Shown here piece by piece: positions 1 through 17,059 of a stretch of 64,000 nt of DNA (position 1 is the stretch's first letter; each line of letters opens with the position of its first letter). Both the position numbers and the translations under genes were made by a program. The notes beneath the pieces are model-generated. The model ran no database searches and was not told the origin of the DNA. It saw nothing but the letters and a program-made list of their open reading frames with translations. The DNA is from Neocallimastix sp. 'constans' (lineage: Eukaryota), in assembly GCA_050613775.1 (NCBI GenBank), contig JBODTK010000113.1, forward strand, positions 310,001 to 374,000, given 5' to 3'.

Positions 1-2400
1 AAAGTAAATCCAAATGTATTAATTTTTGTATTTTTTTCAAAAATGGATAAAGTACATCATATGAATTATAAAATTTAAGAAAGATAATATTAAAGATTAA
101 TATAACAACTTTTTTTTTTTTTTTTTTACTATTCATTATTTAAAAAAAAGAAAGTATTTACAAAATTATTAAATATACAGTAATTTGATATTCCTATTTT
201 ATTTATATAAAAAAAAAATAATTAAAATTATAATCTAATAATAAATATAAAGAGTGGCAAATATAAAATATACTATCATATTTAATAATAAAAAAGGATC
301 AAAAAAATAATATTAAATATTGATATTTCATATTGAAAATAAAATGACTCAAATTATCCTAATAAATTATAATAATAAAATAAAAATATTAAAATAAAAT
401 TTAAAAGAATAATAATAATAATTAAAATTAATTAAAATTAATTAAAATAAAGGAAAAATAAAAAAAAAAAATAAATAAAAAATAAAATTAAATATATTTA
501 AACAGTAATTAATACGAATAAATAATAAATAATAATATTTAATAATAAATCATTAAAAAGTATAATAATTAATAATAATTAATATTTAATATTTAATCAT
601 ATTAAAATGATGATGATCCTTAAATCATTATTTTATAGAAATAATCATTATAAATTAATAATAATTAAGATTGAGTCAAAGGAAGATTGTTATTTATACA
701 AAATAACTAAATTGGATAAACTTGAATATCTCTTATTTTTTTTTTTTTTAATTTAAAAAAGTAAAAAGAATGATTTAAAAGAAGAAATGATGACTAACAA
801 AATCAATGGTTTATAGCATGACTCATTTGTAAAAAAAAAAAAAAATAATTATCAGGAAAAAAAAAGATTATTATTAAGAATAGTACATTGTATTTATATA
901 ATATTTTTTATTTTATAAAAATCATTATATATTGTTTCCATTATAGTTAACACTTTTAAAAAAAGATACATAAATAATAAAATTTAAATGTCATTTAAAC
1001 ATAAACCATAAAAATACAATTTTATATAAAAAAATTAAAAAGATATCTTAATATATCAAATAATTTAGATAATGAAAATTTTAAAACTATTTATTTATTT
1101 TTTTTTTATTTTTTTATTTTTTATTTTTTTTTTTGTATTTAAATAATTTAATGTAAATATTTCTATAATTAAATTAATTTTAAATTAAATTTATTAAAAA
1201 AATATCCAACAATATTAAATATAAAAATTATATATTTTTTTAGTCATTTTGCTCTTTTACTTTTTTGAGAAAAAAAGGAATATTTATTTAACTTTATTTT
1301 ATATTTTATTTTTTTTTTAACATATTTTTTTAGAAAGATTTTTGTTAGAATTGAGATTTCTACCTTTTATTAATAAGGTTATTATTATTATTATTTTTAA
1401 TAAATTTTAGGTTTTTTTTTAATAAAACTATATTTGTTGTATGTAAGTATATGTATGTCATACATGCGCCATAATACAATTACATATTTAATTATGTAAT
1501 ATATTAATAATACTATATTCTAAGTTATTAAATAACTAACTATAATATAAAAATAACTATAGTACATATTTATTAATACATAGATTTATATAATCAGATG
1601 ATTTTAATATTAATAAAGAATTAAATATATGTAGAAAGAAATATATTTTAAGAAGGTACGAAATATACAAAATTTTTAATATTTAATTTTACTTTTTTTC
1701 AAAAAATAAAACAAAATTACCAAATATTTATTGAATCTTTTAAACACTTATTCTTATACATAATCATATATTTGATTTTATTTTTATACATTATAAAATA
1801 AAGTAAAAAGAAATTATTTTTATTATTATACCTTAACAGGTAACTAAGCCTTACTCGTTAAAGTACCAATTAATATTCCTCATTATAATATCATATAAAA
1901 AAAAAGTGAAGTATTAAAAACAAAAATTTTTAAAATCTTTTAAATAAAATTTATTTATTTACTTCAATAAGAAATACATTATCTATGTTACAAGTTATAT
2001 GTGAATAAACTAATGATATTCTGTATCTTGAATTCATTATATTTCTTCTTAAAAGCTTAACCCCTATAACTAATTTTATTTTAAAGCAAAAAGCAATGAA
2101 AGATTGAATGGTTAGTTTAATATTAATTATAATTAAATTATTTCGCAAAATTGAAATTGAATGTGATCACTTAATTAGATTATTTTATGTTTATTTATTT
2201 ATATTTTTATTTAATACTACAACCTTAATACTTAATTATTATATTTATTAATTGAATATAAAATAAATTTATATTTTTAATTAATATATATAAAAATTAT
2301 TTATTATAAAAAAAAAAATTATTATACACAGCAAATTCTTTTTAATTCCTAATTTCTAATTCATGTTCATAATATTTTTGTTCTTGCTTTTACACTTATT

Positions 2401-5524
<3,124 letters not shown>

Positions 5525-6289
5525 TAAAGGGTGTATTGGATATATGGACTAAAATTTGATTTACTGCTGGTCTGACAGTTCCATGCTTTAAAATGTTTTC
5601 TATATCTCTTTTCCAGAAATTGGAAACCCCAATAGCTTTAATTTTACCTGCTTTATAAAATTCTTCTAATGCTTTCCAGGCAGCTAAATTTCCTTCTTCA
5701 TAATGATTTTCGCTTGTGAATTCAGGCCATGGTTGAGGAGAATGAATAATCATTAAATCAATATATCCAATATCTAAATTATCTAAAGACTTTTGAATCG
5801 CCTTCTTTGCTCCTTCATAATCTTTAATTTCAGCTGCAAGCTTTGTGGTGAGGAATATTTGTTCTCTTGGAATACCAGATTTACGAATACCTTCACCAAT
5901 AGCTTTTTCATTTTGATAAACTTCAGCAGTATCAATATGACGATAACCAGCTTTAAGGGCTTGAATTACAGCTTCTGCTGCTATACTTTCATCTATTAAC
6001 CAAGTACCAAGACCAAGAACTGGAATTTCTACTCCATTATTTAACTTTATTGTTTTGTTTAAAACCATTTTATTACTATTATTATTATTTTTTATTTAAT
6101 TATTATTATTATTGTTGTTTTTTTTATTTGATATATATAATTTTTTATATTTATTTATTAGTTGATTATTTTTAATTTCTTTAATGGTTTTTAATTTTTT
6201 TAATTAACAATATCTTTTTTTATTTAAAAAATTTTTTTTTAAAAAAAAAAAAAAAAAGGAAGAATTATTAATATTTATATATCAAATTA

Positions 6290-6328
<39 letters not shown>

Positions 6329-7058
6329 TAAAATAAATAATAATAATAATAATAATAATAAATAATAATAATAATAATAATAATAAATATTATTAATAAT
6401 AATAATAAAATTAAGGAAAAATTAAGATTACAGGGATAAATCAACTTTAATATTTTTTTTAGTATGTATGTATTTTTTTTTTTTTTTAAAAAAAAATTAA
6501 TTAAAAGTCTTATATATATATATATAGACAATATATCAATACAGCAAAAAACAAAAACAAAAACAAAAAAACAGTACTTCAAATTAAAAAAATTTTAAAT
6601 TATGTTTTATGAAGATTTTTAAAATATAAAAATAAAAAATTAAATTAAAAAACCATGATTTTTTAATATAAAAAAAAAAAATTTTAAAAAAATAAAAAAT
6701 AAAATAAATAAAAAATAAAAAATTAAATTAAAAAAACCTTGGTTTTTTTAATTTTAAAATATATATATATAAAGGTACATAGTTATGCTTAATATATATA
6801 TGATATTACAGAAAAAATAAATATGATTTAGACCAATTTAATTTAGTAATTAAAAAAAAAAAGGTTATAGTTAATGTAAAATGGTAATAATACCAATTTT
6901 AAATGCTTTATAATAAAATTTTTTGTTAATATAAAAATACTTTTTTTAAATTTTTTTTTTGTTTTTATTTATTTTATTTTTTATTTTTAAATTATATCAC
7001 TTTTTTTATTTTTTTTAATAAATTTTATATTTTATAATATAAAAAATTATTTTTTATT

Positions 7059-7099
<41 letters not shown>

Positions 7100-7679
7100 A
7101 TTAATATTTAAAAATTATAAAAACTTCTATTTAATTTATTTATTTTATAAAATATATTATATATTCATATTTTTTTTTTCAATATTTTAATAGATCTTTT
7201 TTTTTTTTTTTTTAAAATATAATAGATCATAAATATATATTATTAATATTATAATTAATTATATATATATTTGTTAATATTATAATCAAGCACTGTTAAT
7301 TCTTTACCATAAATATTTTATTTTATTTAATTATCCATTTTATTTTATCAAATGGATAATTAAATAATAAATGAATTAATAAATAAAAAAATAAAAAAAA
7401 AACAAATCTATAAAATATTTTATAAGTGCTTTATAACATGATTTTTAATTAAAAGTTTTAAAATTTTTTAAAATTTTTTTAAATATATTTTTACCTGCAA
7501 TCTTTTAATTTTTAATTTTAATTTTAATTTTATTTTATTTTTTTTTTTAACTTTATTATTATTATAATTCACCCTACTTTTAACTTAAATAGTGTTTTTT
7601 TTTTTAATAAAAAATTAAATTTTTATTAAATGTTAAATATTAATAAAATAATTCATAGATATTGTTATAATAGATAGAT

Positions 7680-7725
<46 letters not shown>

Positions 7726-9220
7726 ATCTATTAATTAATTCATTAGTTTATTTCAATTATAATAAGGATTTATATCTGACTAAATAAAAAAACATCACAA
7801 TATTAAATTGTAATAGATGATACAAATATTATAGAACTAATTCACAATAAAATAAAAGTGGGTATTGATTAAATTTATTATTATTATTAAAGATAATAAT
7901 ATTAAATATAAAAAGATTGTTTAATTATAAGATATGATATATATATATATTTTCATAAATACATATTAAGTGTTAATAAAAATAATTAGTTAACAGAGAA
8001 CTTCTTTTTTTTTTTTATTTTATTAATTTGATACATAGTGATTAATATATTTATTTATTTTTTTTTTTTTTTTTTTTTTTAATTTATCCATTGTTAAAAA
8101 ATAACCATATTTTTGAATTTTGGAGTTCAGAGCCATATTCATTGATTAATTTTTTTAATTATTACATATATTTATATGTATATATTCTGGCTTTTTCAAC
8201 TCTTCATTATATTATTTAAAAAAAAAAAAATACAACTCTAATCTAATACATTATTGTATGGCATTAACTCCTAATATATATTCTTTTAGAAAATTAGTAT
8301 TTTTAGTTTATAAATTTAATTTACATTTTAATTAGTATTTTTATTTTATTGCAACTTTTATTTATAATTTTATATATTAAATAGTTTATTATAAATAAAT
8401 AAGATATTTTATATTAATATATAGTTTATATAGTTTATGATTATAGTTTTAAAATTTTTTTATATTTATAAGCCTCTTTTATATAGTTAATAGTTAATAT
8501 GAAAACATGTATTTAATGTATTTAATGTATTTAATGTATTTAATGTATTAAAATATGTATGATCCATCAAATGTATTTTGTATGTATAAATAGCATTAAA
8601 TTATGTATTCTTAAAAAAAAAATAAGCCTTTTTGCTTCAAATAAATAAAGTTATTAAATAAACAAATATTGAGATTTTTATCATATTCCAAATATTCAAA
8701 AAATATGAATTTTTTTTTTTTTTTGTTCTTAAAATTTCTTTACACTTAATCCTTTTAAAAGTGTTTGCTATCAAGAATAAACAAAAAAAAAAAAAATTAA
8801 AAAACTGAATTTTACATTATAAAATAATATTTATAAATATTTTTAAGGTTATTATTACTATTATTGTTTTTTTTAAAAAATGTTCTTTTACTAATATGTA
8901 ATATTAATAATTTTCAGAATTATTTTTTTTTTTTTTTTTTAAAATATTATTATTATATTAATATAAAATATTATTTTAATATTTAGTATTGATTAATTTT
9001 TTTTTTTTTTTATTATATTTTTAAAATAGTAAATAATATATTACAAATAAATAGAATCATAGATATATCATAGTAATATATAAATTTATATTGATACAAA
9101 TAATATAATTTTTTAAAAAAAACTTTTTTTTTTTTTTTTTTAATTTATCTTCTATAAGCTTCTTTTATGTAATTAAAAATAAAAGACATGTATTTAATGT
9201 ATTGAAATATGGATGATCTA

Positions 9221-9289
<69 letters not shown>

Positions 9290-9745
9290 AAATAAATAAA
9301 TAAATAAATAAATAATAAATAATAATAATAAAAAAAAAAACTTAACTCAATTGTTATATATCAACAATTATTTCATTAAAAAAAAAGAAAAAAACACTTT
9401 TTTTTTTTTAATAATTTAATTCTATACTGTTATATCAACGATTATTTCATTAAAAAAAAAAACACTTTTTTTTTTCTTTAAAGTTTAGTAATATTATTTT
9501 TTATTTCAATTTTGGTAGATCATTATTTATAATAATTATTTATTTCAATTATTTATTATTTTTTTTTTAGAATAAAATATTTATTAAAAAACTGTTTAAA
9601 AATATTTTAAACTTTTTCTAACTATGTTTTGTAATTAATTATAAATGTTTTTTTTTTGTTTTAGAAGATATTAATTTAGTTTTATTATATTAATATCTAT
9701 AAATTTTTTACTTTTTTATAAAAAGTTTTATTTATTTAAATGTTT

Positions 9746-10618
9746 TTATACATAGGAGTCAAGCATAAATCCAGTAAAGTACATTGTACTTTCACCATAA
9801 TCTTTAATACGTTCAATGTTCTTTAAGGTTTCCATATCTTTATCAGATATAACGAAATCAACTTCACCATTACTCTTTATATGCTCTGGATTGGTTGATT
9901 TTGGTAAAACAATTAAACCAAGTTGAACGTCATAACGAATACATAATTGTGGAACGGAAACATTGTAATTTTTAGCCATTTCAATTAAAGTTGGATTTTT
10001 AAGAATTTCACCGTGACCTATTGGTGAAAAGGCTTCAATAGCTATACCTTCACTTTGACAATATTCAATAAGTTTAAAGGGTGTATTGGAAATGTGGACT
10101 AAAATCTGATTTACTGCTGGTCTGACGGTTCCATGTTTTAAAATATTTTCAATATCGACCTTTTCAAAATTAGAAACACCAATGGCTTTAATTTTACCAG
10201 CTTTATAAAATTCTTCTAAAGCTTTCCAGACAGCTAGATTTCCTTCTTCATAATGGTTTCCATTTCTGAAATTGGCCCATGGTTGAGGAGAATGAATAAG
10301 CATTAAATCAATATATCCAATATCTAAATCATCTAAAGACTTTTGAATCGCTTTTTTAGCTTCTTCATAATCTTTTATTTCAGCTACAACCTTTGTAGTG
10401 AGGAATATTTGATCTCTTGGAATACCAGATTTACGAATACCTTCACCAATAGCTTTTTCATTTTGATAAGCTTCAGCAGTATCAATATGACGATAACCAG
10501 CTTTAAGGGCTTGAATTACTGTTTCAGCTGCTATACTTTCATCTAATAACCAAGTACCAAGACCAAGAACTGGAATTTCTACTCCATTATTTAACTTTAT
10601 TGTTTTGTTTAAAACCAT
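9746..10618 (-). CDS. Aldo-keto reductase paralog, intronless, 290 aa
   Basis: Same AKR motifs (HIDTAEAY, TTKV, DLMLIHSP, IGVSNF, LPKS). Close paralog of 5202..6068 with a different C-terminus. Confidence 0.95.
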   Translation of the reverse strand: MVLNKTIKLNNGVEIPVLGLGTWLLDESIAAETVIQALKAGYRHIDTAEAYQNEKAIGEGIRKSGIPRDQIFLTTKVVAEIKDYEEAKKAIQKSLDDLDIGYIDLMLIHSPQPWANFRNGNHYEEGNLAVWKALEEFYKAGKIKAIGVSNFEKVDIENILKHGTVRPAVNQILVHISNTPFKLIEYCQSEGIAIEAFSPIGHGEILKNPTLIEMAKNYNVSVPQLCIRYDVQLGLIVLPKSTNPEHIKSNGEVDFVISDKDMETLKNIERIKDYGESTMYFTGFMLDSYV

Positions 10619-11101
10619 TTTATTACTATTATTATTTTTATTATTTTTATTTTTTATTCTTTAAACTATATTTAATAATAATTATTATTAATATTATTAT
10701 TTAATATTTTACTTTTTTTTAGTTGTTTTCCTATTAATATTTCTTTTTATTAAAGGATTTAATAATTTTTTTTTTGAAAAAAAGAAAAAAAGAAAAAAAA
10801 GAAAAAAAAAAAGTTAAAAAAAAGTTAAATTAAATTTAATTTAAATGAAATAGAAAAAAAAAGAAAAAAAAAATTAATTAAAATATAAAAGTAAAAATAC
10901 ATTTTAAGATTTTTCAAAACTTAAAATTTCTTTTCATCAAAAGTTAAACAAAAAAAATTTTCGTACGAAATGCATGAACTTATAATTAAATAGTTAATGA
11001 AATTATATTTGACATTCAATTAAATCAAATATTAAATTAAATTAAATTAAATGAAATTAAATTAGGTTGAATTGAATTTAAATTAAATTTTAGACTTTTT
11101 T

Positions 11102-11133
<32 letters not shown>

Positions 11134-11184
11134 GGCAACAGAAAGGAAATAAAACAAGAAGAGAATATTATAAAAGAATATTAG

Positions 11185-11376
<192 letters not shown>

Positions 11377-11884
11377 TTATTTTATATAAAAAACAGAAAA
11401 ATTGAAAATTTTATTTTTAGAAGGATTTTTTTTTTAAAAAAAAAAAGAAAGTTTTATAATAAATTTATTTTTTTAACTGATTTTGTAAATATAACGGCGA
11501 GGATATTATATTGTATAAAAAGTAAAAAGAAAAAAAAAATTTTTTTACATTTTCAATGCTAAGTTAATTAAATTTATTATTTTAATTAATAATTAATTTT
11601 ATATTAAATAAACTTTTCATTAAGAAAATTTTTGTACATTACTGAGCGTTAAACTTTATATTAAAAAATTACTGAGCATTAATCATTGGGCTTATCTAAA
11701 TATCTTTTGTAAACGTAAAATATTTAATATAAATTTATATAAATTTTTATAATAAAACTGTATTAATTATTAAAAAAAAATTTTTTTTAAGTAATACTTA
11801 TGTAACATGTAACAAAAAAGACCGAATAATAAATATTTATCTATTTATAATAATATTAAATAAATATATAATAATAATTGAACA

Positions 11885-12230
11885 ATAAATAAATAAATAA
11901 ATAATAAATAATAAATAATAATAAATAATAAATAATAAATAATAAATAATAAATAATAAATAATAAATAATAAATAATAAATAATAAATAATAAATAATA
12001 AATAATAAATAATAAATAATAAATAATAAATAATAAATAATAAATAATAAATAATAAATAATAAATAATTAAATAATAAATAATAAATAATTAAATAATA
12101 AATAATAAATAATAAATAATAAATAATAAATAATAAATAATAAATAATAAATAATAAATAATTATATAATAAATAATAAATAATTTAATAAATTATAAAT
12201 AATAAATAATAAATAATAAATAATAAATTA
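11885..12230. repeat. (TAAATAA)n heptamer satellite
   Basis: Tandem 7-mer. The same unit occurs at about 4498-4570 and 49495-50225. Confidence 0.93.
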
Positions 12231-12406
12231 TTAATAACTATATTATTATTATTTTAGATTTATTTAATATATAAATTTACATATTGTAACATCTTAAACC
12301 TAGTTATTCTATAATGAATAAATTGATTTACTGGTGAATATATATATATAAAATTATCCTATTTTATAATATTAACTTGATATTTTTAAACTATTAATTA
12401 TTTCTA

Positions 12407-12665
12407 TTCTAAATTAACCTTTAGTTTTACAGGAATAAAATTTTTTTTACATTTTATTAATTTCTTTAATTCGATTTAAATATTGTTAAAATAATTTTTT
12501 AAATATATTTGTAATCAAATAATTTCCCCTTAAAAATTCTAAATTAACCTTTAGTTTTACAGGAATAAAATTTTTTTTACATTTTATTAATTTCTTTAAT
12601 TCGATTTAAATATTGTTAAAATAATTTTTTAAATATATTTGTAATCAAATAATTTCCCCTTAAAA
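12407..12665. repeat. 130-bp tandem duplication (2 copies)
   Basis: TTCTAAATTAACCTTTAGTTTTACAGG...ATTTCCCCTTAAAA occurs at about 12407 and 12537. Confidence 0.92.
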
Positions 12666-13733
12666 TTAAGTATTTAATATTATTACACCATTTATATTAG
12701 ATATATCTAAGACATCTCTTATAATATATGGTTTATATATTACTATTTGTATGATATTTCATGCTAGGTTTAATAATACTATGATTGTTAGGATGCTCCC
12801 ATTTTACGCTAGGAATTACCATTCTATTATATTTCCCTTGGATATTTGGGATATTATATTTTAAATTATTTTGTATGGGATCTTTGACATATAGTCTCCT
12901 TCATTATTATTGCTTATATTTATATATATATACTTTATATGTATTAATACGTGTTAAAACGACTATACTTTAAATAATAAGCTTTGTGGTTTAACAAAAA
13001 AAAACCTTTGTTTAATAAATGACTGCTTAAATCTTTCTTAAATAACATATATTATTAAATTTTATTTCGTATATTCATAGGGTGGAAATAGTTTGGGACG
13101 GAGTAGATTCCTTTATGTTTAAATATGAACTTTACTTATGACTTAGAGTTTAATTTATAAAAATATCAAATTATAATTTTAATAATATATGTTTGAAGGT
13201 ATTGTTCTAATATATGATTAAAGTGTTTTTCTATTATTAGATATGGATGTATTATTATGTCAGAAATAATTATCAATAAATTTAATATTTAATGAAATTA
13301 CCAAATCTTTTAATAAACCAATGCTTGTCTTTTTTTTTTTTTTCAAAAAAATTTATAACAGTTATTTTAATATCTTCATTTATCATTGTAATTCCATAAA
13401 TATACCCATTATAATATAGTTGCATATTGATATTACATTTATTTTGTATATCTTTTACGGCATCGTTATTTATTAAATCATCATGATCAATTCTTGTTAT
13501 TATTATTATCAATGATATATTTGTCTGTTAAATTAGAACGAATTACATTTATATTTAATAGGAGATTTTATTTGTTTTAATTCAGATATTACCTTATTAT
13601 CTCCTGGTAATTTATTATTAATTTTTATAAATTACCAGGAGATAATTTATTATTAATTTTTATTATAATTTCAAAATTTCATTAGTTATTTATAAGTAAA
13701 TATAGATAGGTAATTTTGCAATATTTAACCCTA

Positions 13734-13885
13734 TTTTTCTTCAGCTGTGAATTCAAGTAAATCCTTATCATTTCTTTGTTTGACAGATTCTGGATAGTCA
13801 CCAAACATAACTGGATCACAATACCAACCAATACGGAATTCAACAGCTAAGTTAGCATATTTCTTGTTGTTTTCATATTCTTCTT
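13734..13885 (-). pseudogene. Internal GH1 beta-glucosidase fragment (~50 codons)
   Basis: Translates to EEYENNKKYANLAVEFRIGWYCDPVMFGDYPESVKQRNDKDLLEFTAEEK, a diverged copy of the internal segment of the full GH1 genes. It has no start or end of its own. Confidence 0.9.
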
Positions 13886-14218
13886 AGTAATTATAATAAT
13901 ATTTTTAAAAAAATAGTAATTATATTATATATTGATATATAAATATAATATATCTATATAAAATATAAATATTTTTTAAAATAAAAGTTTCACTTCAATT
14001 TTTTTTTTTTTTTTTTTAAATTTTTTTGTATTCATTAAATATATAATATGGAAAAATATAAAATATCAATTACTATTTTTAACACTTTATAAAATATAAA
14101 CATTTTTTAAATTAAAAGTTTCATTTCAATTTTTTTTTTTAATTTTTTTGTATTCATTATTTATATAATATAGATATAATATATATAATATAGAAGAATA
14201 TAAAATACATGTTTTTTT

Positions 14219-14251
<33 letters not shown>

Positions 14252-14310
14252 ATTATTACACTTGAAATAAAAAAAAATACCAACTTTTTTCTTTCTTTTT
14301 TTATTATTAT

Positions 14311-14352
<42 letters not shown>

Positions 14353-14963
14353 TTACCTACATCTATATATAAAATATATAAAATTTCAATGTTTTTTCTT
14401 TTTTTTTTTTTTTTTTTTATAATTTTAAATAGAGAAAAATATAAATATTCATGCTTTTATTCTATTTTTTTTAATTATTATTACACATTCAATAAAAAAT
14501 ACCAACTTCCTTTTTTTTTTTTTTTTTTTTTTTATTAATTTTTTTTTTTTACATATTATTACATACATCAATACATAAAATATAAAATATTCTTCATGTT
14601 TTTTTTTTTTTTTTTTTTAATTTTATTTATTTTTTTTTTTAAAAAAAACATATATCAATAATAAAAAAAATACTAAAAATTTTTTTTTCTGCGATTTAAC
14701 AAATGATATTGATTTATAGATCTTTTTGTTTTCATTATCTTTTAAAAAAATACGAATTTTTTTTTTGTGTTTTCATTATCTTTTAAAAAAAAAATATTTT
14801 GTAATTTTCATAATTTTATATCATTTTTTTTTTGGTATTATTTATTATTATAATTAAAATTAAATTTACTTCATATTAATTTCTTTTTATAATTATTGAA
14901 TAATAATCAATACTATTTAATGTTTATTAGGATTATAAAAATATATTAAAAATGAAGACTAAT

Positions 14964-16919
14964 TTATTCTTGTTCAACGTTTTCTAAGTACCATTGACCA
15001 AGGTAAGTAAGAGAATCCTTTGGAACACGCTTTAATTCTTTGTCATGGTAGAAGTCAATGTAGGTCATACCGAAACGAGTTTCATATCCATTTTCCCATT
15101 CAAAGTTATCAAGTAAAGACCAGGCCATGTAACCACGAACATCAACACCATCTTCGACATAAGCAAGACGAAGATTTTCAAGGTATTGTTTGTACCAGTC
15201 AATACGGTAGGTATCGTGAATAAGAGTACCATCAAGATCCTTTTCATCTTCAATAATATCTTCATCATAGGTATCAGCATATTCTTCCTTACCAATAGAC
15301 TTCCAGTAATCAAGAGTAACCTTATCATTGGCACGGCTAACCTTGTAGTTTGGTTGAGCACAACCATTTTCGGTAATGATGATACCATTCTTGATGAGAC
15401 CTTCATAACGCTTAGAGAACCAGTTAAGACCAACACGAATAGTTGGACCATACTTGGTGTTCCAGGATGAACCAGCTTGAGAACCAAGAGTTGGTGGAAT
15501 ACAAGTCCATCCATCTCCACGTCCCTTACAGTTATCATCCCACATATCTCTCTTAGAGTTATCGTAGCTAGCTTCTTCATCACTTGGTGGTTCAACGTAA
15601 GTACCATCTTCATTCTTAACTTGAGCAGCCCAGTGAGAAGTGTAAGTGTTCCAACCTAAGAAGTCTGAAGAGGATCCCTTTAATAATTTCTTTTCTTCAG
15701 CAGTGAATTCTGGTAAATCCTTACCATTTCTTTGTTTGACTGATTCTGGGTAATCACCAAACATAACTGGATCGGAATACCAACCAATACGGAATTCGGC
15801 AGCTAAGTTAGCGTACTTCTTGTTGTTTTCATATTCTTCTTCACTCATACCGGCTTCTTCATATGGAATTTGAGCTTCACCATCAATGGTAATACCAATG
15901 AGACCCTTTTGTTTCTTTTGGAACTTTTCACGGTAAACCTTGACAGCTTGAGCGTGACCAAGAAGAATGTTGTGAGAACACCAGACATCTTCTAACTTTT
16001 GTGGTGGACGATCAGCTGGAAGTTCTTCAGAATCCTTAGTGTATTTGGTTGGACCAATTTCATAGGAACAACCTCCTTCTAAATCAAGACCAGTGGTGTC
16101 ATTGGCAAGCTTACGTGGAGCTTCACCAGTACATCTGTATGGAGCTTTACCTGGTCCATTCTTGTAACCGGCAACACAGTTAACCCATGGTTCGTTGATG
16201 GTAATCCATCCCTTAACACGATCACCGAAATGTTCGAAACAGAATTCGGCATAATTGGCGAAATCGAATTGAGAACGGTAATCTAACCAACCACCATACT
16301 TCTTATGAAGAGCGTATGGCATATCCCAGTGGTAAAGAGTAGCGAGAGGAGTAATGTTGTTTTCGAGAAGAGTGTTAATAACCATATCATAGTATTCAAC
16401 ACCCTTTTCGTTAACTTTCCATTTACCATTAACCTTCTTAGCTTCACCTTCTGGGAAAAGACGAGACCAAGAGATAGAGAAACGGTAGTGATTGGCATTC
16501 ATAATCTTCATCATCTTGATATCTTCATCAAACTTGTGGTAGGAGTCACAAGCAACATTACCGTTAGTAGAATCTTTGTTAGATCTGTCACCGGATTCAA
16601 CGTTCTTTGGGTAGAGGTGAGTGAAGTGATCCCAAACGGATTCACCACGACCATCTACATTCCAGGCACCTTCAACTTGGTAAGCAGCAGTAGCAGCACC
16701 CCATTTAAAGTCAGAAGGAAGTTTTCCCTTCTTTTCTTGTTCATCACTAGAATCTTCAGCATCATCGATTGGCTTAGTTTCATCATCAGAAACAACAGCG
16801 GTATCATTTTCAGCTTCAGAAGCTACATCAGCGGCAGCAGCATCAGCTGGAGCCTTAACAACACATTTCTTAGCAGCAGAAACAGCTAATAAAGTAGCGA
16901 AAATAGTAAGAGTCTTCAT
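14964..16919 (-). CDS. Secreted GH1 beta-glucosidase (anaerobic-fungal Cel1A/BglA type), copy 1, 651 aa
   Basis: Signal peptide, acidic linker, FKWGAATAAYQVEG, YRFSISWSR, TLYHWD, acid/base TINEP, nucleophile ITENG, AWSLLDNFEW; intronless. Confidence 0.97.
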   Translation of the reverse strand: MKTLTIFATLLAVSAAKKCVVKAPADAAAADVASEAENDTAVVSDDETKPIDDAEDSSDEQEKKGKLPSDFKWGAATAAYQVEGAWNVDGRGESVWDHFTHLYPKNVESGDRSNKDSTNGNVACDSYHKFDEDIKMMKIMNANHYRFSISWSRLFPEGEAKKVNGKWKVNEKGVEYYDMVINTLLENNITPLATLYHWDMPYALHKKYGGWLDYRSQFDFANYAEFCFEHFGDRVKGWITINEPWVNCVAGYKNGPGKAPYRCTGEAPRKLANDTTGLDLEGGCSYEIGPTKYTKDSEELPADRPPQKLEDVWCSHNILLGHAQAVKVYREKFQKKQKGLIGITIDGEAQIPYEEAGMSEEEYENNKKYANLAAEFRIGWYSDPVMFGDYPESVKQRNGKDLPEFTAEEKKLLKGSSSDFLGWNTYTSHWAAQVKNEDGTYVEPPSDEEASYDNSKRDMWDDNCKGRGDGWTCIPPTLGSQAGSSWNTKYGPTIRVGLNWFSKRYEGLIKNGIIITENGCAQPNYKVSRANDKVTLDYWKSIGKEEYADTYDEDIIEDEKDLDGTLIHDTYRIDWYKQYLENLRLAYVEDGVDVRGYMAWSLLDNFEWENGYETRFGMTYIDFYHDKELKRVPKDSLTYLGQWYLENVEQE

Positions 16920-17046
16920 TTTTAATATTATTTACTTTTTTTTTTTTTTATTTGACTTAAATTAAAATAAAATTTTTTTTATTAGATTAATAATCTATAT
17001 TAATTATAATAATAAATAATTTTTTTTTTATATAATAATTAATATT

Positions 17047-17059
17047 CCTTATCAAAAGG
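17047..17059 (-). promoter_or_regulatory. Conserved CCTTTTGATAAGG motif upstream of GH1 copy 1
   Basis: The identical 13-mer is at 41623-41635, and 2-mismatch variants are at 51477-51489 and 56233-56245. Each lies 80-210 bp before a GH1 ATG in otherwise unalignable DNA. Confidence 0.55.

Noticed and set aside
13090..13105. TTTGGGACGGAGTA, resembling a Stowaway MITE terminal repeat
   Set aside because: No partner inverted repeat was found nearby.
15020..16889. Recurrent alternative-frame and antisense ORFs over every GH1 copy (e.g. 182, 194, 94 and 71 aa)
   Set aside because: Shadows of strong codon bias. They recur only because the GH1 genes are near-identical, and no motifs are evident.
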